This document shows, piece after piece, positions 58,283 to 64,000 of a stretch of DNA of 64,000 bases. A program made the position numbers and the translations under genes. Each line of letters starts with the position of its first letter. The stretch's first letter is position 1. Under the pieces are notes generated by a model that made no database searches, was not told the DNA's origin, and worked only from the letters and a program-made list of their open reading frames with translations. The stretch covers positions 21,221 to 85,220 of the forward strand of contig CALEYV010000037.1 in assembly GCA_937927875.1 (NCBI GenBank), read 5' to 3'. The stretch is from an uncultured Actinomycetes bacterium. GTDB lineage: Bacteria; Actinomycetota; Acidimicrobiia; IMCC26256; PALSA-555.

Positions 58283-59193
58283 CCCGACGCCCCCGCCGCG
58301 ACCGCCCGCCCCGCTTGCCGGACCGGCCGGCGGACCGCCCCGCCAGCACGCCCCGGGCGCCGCGGCGCCCATCGACGCCGAGCGCGTCGCGGCAGCTGCT
58401 GCAGGCCGGCGTCTGCGGCTCGCACCCCCGGCTCGGCCGCGAGGAGGTGCTGGCCGCCGCCCGCCGGCTCGTACGTCCCGGCGCCAGCCCGACCGAGGAC
58501 GCGGTCACGATCGACGAGGTCACGGCCGCGCTCGAGGCGGTCGCCGGTCCCCAGGGTCGTCGTCGCGGCGAGATCGACCCCGAGCGCACGCTCGCGGCGG
58601 CGAGAACCGCCGGCGACCAGCTCGCCGAGGCGGCGCACCGCCACCGGCGGGTCGCGTTCGCGACCGCGGCCCCGGCGTCGCTGTTGAGCGTGTATACCGC
58701 CGCGGCGCGGGCCGGGCGCGCCGGTGGCGCGGTCGTCGCCGACGCCGGCGCGTGCGGCCCGTATGCGTCGGGGCGCTCGCTGTGGTGGCACGACGGGGTG
58801 GCCGTCGCGACCGACGGCCAGACGCTCGTCGACGAGACGCGGCCCGAGGCTGGCGAGGAGTGGCTCTTCGTGGTCGGTCGACCCGCCTTGGTGGTCGCCG
58901 ACGGCGTGTTCGCCGAGCACGCCATCGCCGCCGGCCTCCCGACGGTCGCGTTCGCGGATCTCGACGCGCCCGCGCCGGCCCTCGCCGCCCACCGGGGCCG
59001 GCCGGTGGTGGTGGTGCCGGTGGCGCTGCGCCGGCCGCCGGCGGCCTACGCGCCGATCGCCCGGCTCCTCGTCGGCCCCGTCCTCGAGTCGGGCCCCGTG
59101 ACCCACGACGGCGACGGCACACGCCACGGGCCGCAGTTGTCAACAGAGACCCCGGGGCCCTACTCTGCCCCCCCGAGCGGGGGAGAGGGGTGA
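58279..59193 (+). CDS. hypothetical protein (start uncertain)
   Basis: ATGA overlap with the proC stop. The first ~60 aa are R/P-rich low complexity; from VTIDEVTAALEAV onward it looks like a normal globular sequence. No motif is recognised. Confidence 0.45.
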   Translation: MTRRPRRDRPPRLPDRPADRPASTPRAPRRPSTPSASRQLLQAGVCGSHPRLGREEVLAAARRLVRPGASPTEDAVTIDEVTAALEAVAGPQGRRRGEIDPERTLAAARTAGDQLAEAAHRHRRVAFATAAPASLLSVYTAAARAGRAGGAVVADAGACGPYASGRSLWWHDGVAVATDGQTLVDETRPEAGEEWLFVVGRPALVVADGVFAEHAIAAGLPTVAFADLDAPAPALAAHRGRPVVVVPVALRRPPAAYAPIARLLVGPVLESGPVTHDGDGTRHGPQLSTETPGPYSAPPSGGEG

Positions 59194-59197
59194 GCTC

Positions 59198-59401
59198 GTG
59201 GCGGAAGCGGAGGATTCGTTTGCGAAAGCGCGCTTCCTGACGGTTCAGGAAGTCGCCGATCTCATGCGCGTGTCGTCGATGACGGTCTACCGGCTCATCA
59301 AGGCGGGTGACCTGCCGGCGGTGCGCGTCGGGCGGTCGTTTCGGGTGCGGGACGTCGACGTCGACACGTACCTCTCTTCCCGGTACACCCAGGCCGGGTA
59401 G
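59198..59401 (+). CDS. excisionase-family (MerR-superfamily) small HTH protein
   Basis: FLTVQEVADLMRVSSMTVYRLIKAGDLPAVRVGRSFRV is present. It sits downstream of proC, as does the small HTH gene in mycobacteria (from memory). Confidence 0.8.
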   Translation: MAEAEDSFAKARFLTVQEVADLMRVSSMTVYRLIKAGDLPAVRVGRSFRVRDVDVDTYLSSRYTQAG

Positions 59402-59425
59402 CCGGGCCCGGGTGGCACGAGGCCA

Positions 59426-60253
59426 CTGAGCAAGCCGGTCGCCTTCCTCTCCGACTACGGGCTCGTCGACGAGTTCGTCGGGGTCTGCAAGGGCGTGATG
59501 CTCGGCCTCGTGCCCGGCCTCGACGTCATCGACCTCACCCACGAGCTGCCCGCCCACGACATCCGGGCCGGCGCGCTGGCCCTGGTCCGGGCCGTGCAGT
59601 ACCTGCCCGACGGCTGCGTCGTGCTCGCGGTCGTCGACCCCGGCGTCGGCACCGACCGTCGGCTCCTCGGCGTCGAGTGCGAGCCGGCGACCTTCGTCGG
59701 CCCCGACAACGGGCTGCTCGCCCCCGCCGTCGCCATGCTCGGCGGCCCCCGCCGGGCGGTGACGCTCACCAGCCCCGAGCACCGACTCCCCGCCCCCGGG
59801 CCCACGTTCGCGGGGCGGGACGTGCTCGCACCGGCCGCCGCCCACCTGGCCGGCGGCGGCGACCTCGCCGACCTCGGCGAGCCGGTCGACCCCGCCTCGC
59901 TCGTGCCCGGTGTGCTCGGGCTCCCCCGCCCGCTCGAGGGCGGCGCGATCGAAGCCGACGTGTGGTGGGTCGACCGGTTCGGGAACTGCCAGCTCAACTG
60001 CGGCCCCGACGAGCTGGCCGCGGCCGGCGCCCAGCCCGGCGGCACGGTCGAGGTCCTCATCGGCGAGCGCGCCAAGTCGGCCCGCTGGGTCGAGGCGTAC
60101 GCCGACGCCCGGCCCTCCGAGCTGGTGCTCCTCGTCGACTCCTACGGGCTCCTCGCCCTGGCCCTCGACCGCCAGTCGGCGGCCGGCGAGTACGGCCTGC
60201 GCCCGGGGTCGAGCGTGGTGCTCCGACCCCCCGGCGCTACCGTGCCGCGGTGA
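59426..60253 (+). CDS. SAM hydrolase / SAM-dependent halogenase family protein (DUF62)
   Basis: PVAFLSDYGLVDEFVGVCKGVM, VVDPGVGT, GPDNGLL and FAGRDVLAPAAA are present. The conserved N-terminus lies upstream of the first ATG/GTG (59495). The only start-like codon after the in-frame TAG (59399-59401) is CTG 59426. Confidence 0.75.
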   Translation: MSKPVAFLSDYGLVDEFVGVCKGVMLGLVPGLDVIDLTHELPAHDIRAGALALVRAVQYLPDGCVVLAVVDPGVGTDRRLLGVECEPATFVGPDNGLLAPAVAMLGGPRRAVTLTSPEHRLPAPGPTFAGRDVLAPAAAHLAGGGDLADLGEPVDPASLVPGVLGLPRPLEGGAIEADVWWVDRFGNCQLNCGPDELAAAGAQPGGTVEVLIGERAKSARWVEAYADARPSELVLLVDSYGLLALALDRQSAAGEYGLRPGSSVVLRPPGATVPR

Positions 60254-60342
60254 GGCCGGGCACGACGATCGCCATCGCGGCGCTCCTGGTCCTGATCTTC
60301 GCCGCTGCCTTCGCCCAGTTCGTCCTGCGCCTCAGCCCCTAG
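60250..60342 (+). CDS. 30-aa single-TM micro-protein (candidate)
   Basis: GTG overlaps the previous stop (GTGA). The sequence is MRPGTTIAIAALLVLIFAAAFAQFVLRLSP. 29 of 30 third codon positions are G/C. Confidence 0.4.
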   Translation: MRPGTTIAIAALLVLIFAAAFAQFVLRLSP

Positions 60343-60413
60343 CTCCGGCCCCCGAATCGGGCCCACGCTGGGTGGCAAAAGGGCTCAAGCCGGTCACGTA
60401 GAGCGACGATGAG

Positions 60414-60539
60414 GGTGACGGTTCCGGTCCGCGGGCGTGGGGAGCGTGACGCCACGACAAAGTGGCGATCACTGGCCTCCCAGCCCGCCCCAAGACCCAC
60501 GCCCGCGGCTGGAGCCACCTTCGTTCCCGGAACCGCCAC
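60414..60539 (+). ncRNA. candidate structured RNA / 5' leader upstream of the acyl-CoA ligase gene
   Basis: Nested complementarity is visible: GGTTCCGG (60420-27) with CCGGAACC (60527-34); CCGCGGGCGTGGG (60429-41) with CCCACGCCCGCGG (60496-508), a perfect 13 bp; and an inner hairpin GTGACGCCAC-gacaaa-GTGGCGaTCAC (60446-72). Strand is assumed from context. Confidence 0.35.
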
Positions 60540-60573
60540 GACCGGCGCAGCGACCCCCATACGATCCCCGGTC

Positions 60574-62040
60574 GTGAACCTGGCCGCGGCCCTCCTGCAC
60601 GGCGGGCTCGGCCGTCCCGACGCCCCGGCCCTGATCGGCCGGCGGGGGACCACCACCTACGGGCAGCTGGCCGACGCCGCGGCGCGCCTGGCCACCGGGC
60701 TGGCCGACGACGGCGTGCAGCCCGGCGACCGGGTCGCGCTCGTCGCCGGCAACGACGAGGCGTTCGTCACCGGCTACCTCGCCGTCCTCCACGCCGGCGC
60801 CACCTGCGCGCCGCTGAACCCGGGCTCGCCGCCCGCCGCGCTCGAGGCCGAGCTCGCAGTCGTCGAGCCGCGCCTCACGCTCGCCGCCGGGTCGTCGGCG
60901 CCGGTCGTCACCGCGGCGTCGCAGCGGCTGCGGACGATCGACCTCGACGCCCTGCCGGCCGCCGGGGCGCCGCTCGCCGAGCGGGCGCCCGACGACGTCG
61001 CGGTGCTGCTCTTCACGTCCGGGACCGGCGGCCAGCCGCGAGCGGCCCAGCTCACGCACGCGAACCTGGCCGCCAACATCGCCGAGGTCCAGGGCCACCC
61101 CGGCCTCGCGGTGGAGCGCACCGACGTGACGCTCGGCGCGCTGCCGTGCTTCCACATCTTCGGGCTCAACGTCGTGCTCGGCGTCGCCCTCGCCGCCGGC
61201 GCCACCACCGTGCTCGTCGACCGGTTCCAGCCCGCCCCGTCGGCGGAGCTCGTCCGCCGCCACCGGGTGACGATCCTGGCCGGGGTGCCCACCATGTTCG
61301 CCGACTGGCTCGACCTCGACGCCGCCGCCGCGCCGCCCGACACGTTCGCCAGCGTGCGCCTCGCGGTCTCGGGGGCGGCCGAGCTCCCCGAGCCGGTGGC
61401 GGCCGCCTTCTCGACCCGGTTCGGGGTGGTCCTCCACCAGGGCTACGGCCTCACCGAGGCGTCGCCGATCGTCACCACCACCGTGCTCGGCCCGAGCCCG
61501 CCCCGGCCGGGGTCGATCGGCCGGCCGCTGCCGGGCGTCGAGGTGCGGCTCGTCGACGCCGACGGCGCCGACGTGCTCGAGGGCGACCCGGGCGAGGTGT
61601 GGGTCCGGGGGCCGAACGTCTTCGCCGGCTACTGGCGCGACGACGAGGCGACCGCGAACGCGCTCACCGACGACGGCTGGCTGCGGACCGGCGACGTCGC
61701 GGTGCTCGACGACGACGGCGACCTCCGCCTGGTCGACCGCCGCAAGGACCTCGTCATCGTGTCGGGCTTCAACGTGTACCCGGCCGAGGTCGAGGACGTG
61801 CTGCGCGCCCACCCCGACGTGGCCGACGCCGCCGTCACCGGCGAGGCCAGCCCCCGCACCGGCGAGACCGTCGTCGCCTACGTCCAGCCGAAGCCGGGCG
61901 CGACCCCCGACCCGGCCGCGCTCGTCACCTTCTGCGGCAAGTCGCTGGCCCGCTACAAGTGCCCGACCCGGGTCGAGCTGCTCGACGAGCTGCCCCGGGA
62001 CGAGGCCGGCAAGCTCCGCCGCCGGGCCCTGCCGGGCTGA
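60574..62040 (+). CDS. AMP-dependent acyl-CoA synthetase/ligase
   Basis: GTG 60574 (VNLAAALL..). AMP-binding motif LLFTSGTGGQPRAAQLTH, then YGLTE, TGDVAVLDDDGDLRLVDRRKD and the C-terminal GKLRRR. The upstream 55 codons of the track ORF are rejected. Confidence 0.88.
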   Translation: MNLAAALLHGGLGRPDAPALIGRRGTTTYGQLADAAARLATGLADDGVQPGDRVALVAGNDEAFVTGYLAVLHAGATCAPLNPGSPPAALEAELAVVEPRLTLAAGSSAPVVTAASQRLRTIDLDALPAAGAPLAERAPDDVAVLLFTSGTGGQPRAAQLTHANLAANIAEVQGHPGLAVERTDVTLGALPCFHIFGLNVVLGVALAAGATTVLVDRFQPAPSAELVRRHRVTILAGVPTMFADWLDLDAAAAPPDTFASVRLAVSGAAELPEPVAAAFSTRFGVVLHQGYGLTEASPIVTTTVLGPSPPRPGSIGRPLPGVEVRLVDADGADVLEGDPGEVWVRGPNVFAGYWRDDEATANALTDDGWLRTGDVAVLDDDGDLRLVDRRKDLVIVSGFNVYPAEVEDVLRAHPDVADAAVTGEASPRTGETVVAYVQPKPGATPDPAALVTFCGKSLARYKCPTRVELLDELPRDEAGKLRRRALPG

Positions 62041-62044
62041 CCGC

Positions 62045-62725
62045 TCACGCCGCGACCCGGGTGCCCCCGGCGACCCGGAACCCGGCGTAGATGACGACGA
62101 TGCCGGCGGCCAGGGTCGCCGCGAACGCCTGGTCGTGCCCGACGAAGCCCTGCACCAGCCCGCCGCTCGACAGCACCAGCGTCCCGGCCGCGATGAGCAC
62201 GTTGGCGCCCGCCCTCGCCGCGTGCCCGGCGCGGGTGCGGTCCCGGGCGTAGCGGACGGCGGAGACGACGGCGCCGACGAGGATCACGGTCGCGCCGACG
62301 CCGCTGCCGATCCCGGCCAGCGCCCGCGGGAAGGTCCCGAACACCCGGCCGGCGACCGGGATGGCGGTCCCCGCCACCGGCCGGAGGGGGGCGGTCAGCA
62401 GCACGCCGCCGGCCAGGCCGGAGAAGAACACCACGAACCACTGGGCCCGACGTCCGGCCGCCGGGCCGAGCAGCAGGTCGACCGTGCCGAGGGCCAGCCA
62501 CGGCACGTCGAGGACCGCGCCGAGCAGGAAGAACAGCCGATAGGTGCCGCGGTCCCAGCCGTTCGAGCTGCCGAGGGCCAGCGCGGTCGCCGCGCCGCCG
62601 AACAGGGCGAGGGCGACCGTCCAGTCCCACAGCTCCCGCCGCCGCCGCTGGGTGGCGCGGGCCAGGGTCGACTCGGCGAAGAGGAAGGCCACCGCGGCGG
62701 CCACGAACGCCAGCCCCGGGACCAT
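62045..62725 (-). CDS. integral membrane protein, unknown function
   Basis: About 7 hydrophobic helices follow MVPGLAFVAAAVAFLF. ATG 62725 is preferred to the 279-aa track start, which would run into the rex start region. Confidence 0.5.
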   Translation of the reverse strand: MVPGLAFVAAAVAFLFAESTLARATQRRRRELWDWTVALALFGGAATALALGSSNGWDRGTYRLFFLLGAVLDVPWLALGTVDLLLGPAAGRRAQWFVVFFSGLAGGVLLTAPLRPVAGTAIPVAGRVFGTFPRALAGIGSGVGATVILVGAVVSAVRYARDRTRAGHAARAGANVLIAAGTLVLSSGGLVQGFVGHDQAFAATLAAGIVVIYAGFRVAGGTRVAA

Positions 62726-62765
62726 CTCGGGCGCGATCGTAGGCCCGAGCCCCCGCCCCGAGACG

Positions 62766-62783
62766 CTTGTGACCGCGTGCACA
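62766..62783. promoter_or_regulatory. Rex operator (ROP)-like inverted repeat
   Basis: TTGTGAC-CGCG-TGCACAA compared with the remembered consensus TTGTGAA-N4-TTCACAA gives 12 of 14 matches. It lies 49 nt upstream of the rex GTG, in the divergent intergenic region. Confidence 0.55.
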
Positions 62784-62831
62784 AGCGCGGCTAGCGTTGA
62801 TCGGAGCGCAGGCGCGCCGGCCCCGGGCGCG

Positions 62832-63509
62832 GTGGGGCGAGAGGAGCCCGACATCCCAGAGGCTCGGCTCATCCCCGAGGCCACGGTGGCCCGGCTTCCG
62901 CTCTACTACCGGGCCCTGCTGCAGGTCGCCGACCAGGCGATCGACACCGTCTCGTCCGAGCAGCTGGCCGAGCTGGCGGGCGTCAACGCCGCGAAGGTGC
63001 GCAAGGACCTCTCGTACCTGGGCTCCTACGGCACGAGGGGCGTCGGCTACGACGTCGACCAGCTGGTGCGGGAGGTCTCCCGCGAGCTCGGCCTCACCCG
63101 GGACTGGCCGGTCGCCATCCTCGGGCTCGGGAACCTCGGCCGGGCGCTCGCCAACTACCGCGGGTTCAGCGCCCGGGGCTTCCGCATCGTCGCCCTCGTC
63201 GACGCCGACCCGGCCAAGGTCGGCGAGCGGGTCGGCGACCTCACCATCGAGCCGGTCGACGGCCTCCGCGCCATCGTCGACGAGCGCCGGGTCGCGATCG
63301 GGGTGATCGCCACCCCCGCCGACTCGGCCCAGGCGGTCGCCGACCGCCTGGTGGCGGCCGGCGTGCGGGCCATCTTGAACTTCGCCCCCGCGGTGGTGGT
63401 CGTCCCGCCCGAGGTGTCGCTGCGCAAGGTGGACCTCGCCACCGAGCTGCAGATCCTCTCCTTCTACCAGCAGCACGGTCGGCGCGCTCGGGACGGCGCC
63501 GGCGTGTGA
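62832..63509 (+). CDS. rex: redox-sensing transcriptional repressor Rex
   Basis: GTG 62832. IPEATVARLPLYYRAL, SYLGSYGTRGVGY and the Rossmann motif ILGLGNLGRAL are present. Confidence 0.9.
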   Translation: MGREEPDIPEARLIPEATVARLPLYYRALLQVADQAIDTVSSEQLAELAGVNAAKVRKDLSYLGSYGTRGVGYDVDQLVREVSRELGLTRDWPVAILGLGNLGRALANYRGFSARGFRIVALVDADPAKVGERVGDLTIEPVDGLRAIVDERRVAIGVIATPADSAQAVADRLVAAGVRAILNFAPAVVVVPPEVSLRKVDLATELQILSFYQQHGRRARDGAGV

Positions 63510-63519
63510 CCATGGGCCG

Positions 63520-64000
63520 ATGGGACGGCCCGGCCTCCTCGGCTACCCGGTCAACCTGCTCGTGGCGGGGCGGCGCTGCGTCGTCGTCGGCGCGGGCCGG
63601 ATCGCGGCCCGCAAGATCGAGGGGCTGCTGACCGCCGGGGCCGTGGTGCACGTCGTCGCCCCCGAGGTGGGGCCCGAGGTCGGCGCCCTCCGGGACGAGG
63701 GCCGCATCACCGTCGCCGAGCGGCCCTTCGAGCCCGCCGACCTCGACGAGGCCTGGCTGGCCACCGCCGCCACGCCCGACCCGGCCGTGAACGCGTCGGT
63801 CTACGAGGCCGGCCAGGCCCGGCGGGTGTTCGTGAACGCGGCCGACGACCCCGAGCACTGCTCGTTCACGCTCATGTCGACGGTGCGGCGGGGCGACCTC
63901 GTCGTCACCATCGGCACCGGGGGCCGCAGCCCGGCCCTCGCCACCTACCTGAAGGACCACCTGGCCACCGAGATCGGCCCGGAGTGGGAGGTGCTGCTCG
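63520..64000 (+). CDS. precorrin-2 dehydrogenase/sirohydrochlorin ferrochelatase-type (siroheme synthase N-domain) protein, 3' end outside window
   Basis: ATG 63520. The frame stays open to the window end, so it is absent from the ORF track. YPVNLLVAGRRCVVVGAGRIAARKIEGLL (Rossmann) and FVNAADDPEHCSF are present. Confidence 0.8.
   Translation, partial: MGRPGLLGYPVNLLVAGRRCVVVGAGRIAARKIEGLLTAGAVVHVVAPEVGPEVGALRDEGRITVAERPFEPADLDEAWLATAATPDPAVNASVYEAGQARRVFVNAADDPEHCSFTLMSTVRRGDLVVTIGTGGRSPALATYLKDHLATEIGPEWEVLL

Noticed and set aside
60414-60539. A possible 6C-type sRNA, suggested by the C-rich single-stranded run.
   Set aside because: As I remember it, 6C RNA has two hairpins with C-rich loops. 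Here the C-rich run lies in an internal region of a larger nested structure. The resemblance is too weak to name it.
60409-60573. An N-terminal 55-codon extension of the acyl-CoA ligase ORF (MRVTVPVRGRGERDATTKWRSLASQP..).
   Set aside because: The composition is unlike the rest of the protein, and ligase homology starts near VVNLAAALL. The region is better explained by the nested stem structure.

Overview
This is a 64-kb slice of a high-GC actinobacterial chromosome; mshA is present, so the organism probably makes mycothiol. All calls come from reading the supplied six-frame translations and the raw sequence. No database, HMM or folding program was run, and family names are motif recognition from memory.

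Core content:
- The HspR regulon: dnaK-grpE-dnaJ-hspR and clpB, each preceded by the same TTGA-N11-TCAA inverted repeat.
- An extended purine cluster (purA, purD, purB, purC, purS, purQ, purL, purF, purM), interrupted by two small unknown genes on the opposite strand.
- Five tRNAs: Gly-CCC, Phe-GAA, Asp-GTC, Glu-TTC and Lys-TTT.
- bldC, msrA, sodA, mshA, a ybjN-like gene, proC, and rex with a Rex-operator-like site, followed by a truncated siroheme-synthase-type gene.

Accessory blocks:
- 1-6348: a block that looks lower in GC and ends at the 3' side of tRNA-Gly. It encodes an HprK-like kinase, a GT2, a nucleotidyltransferase-methyltransferase fusion, an SDR and an AT3-SGNH acyltransferase.
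- 31.8-38.7 kb: a translationally coupled operon of thiolase, DUF35, epimerase, amidohydrolase and crotonase, ending in a molybdenum hydroxylase large subunit with no partner subunits.
- 38.7-42.3 kb: a SufR-like regulator divergent from a Rieske-domain fusion protein, plus a solitary beta-class DNA methyltransferase.
- 49.7-52.1 kb: a CDF exporter, a histidine-rich exported membrane protein and a Fur-family regulator.
- 54.7-55.6 kb: an RsiG-like protein carrying c-di-GMP-binding signature motifs.

I saw no CRISPR array, transposase, integrase, rRNA or phage gene.

Best leads for something undescribed:
- the SufR-like/Rieske-fusion pair
- the Fur-linked His-rich exported protein
- a roughly 126-nt nested stem structure at 60414-60539
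- a SAM-hydrolase gene with no canonical start codon, in frame with the upstream HTH gene
- two translationally coupled micro-ORFs
- the truncated tailoring cluster at the left edge

None of these is proven; each needs the checks listed with it.
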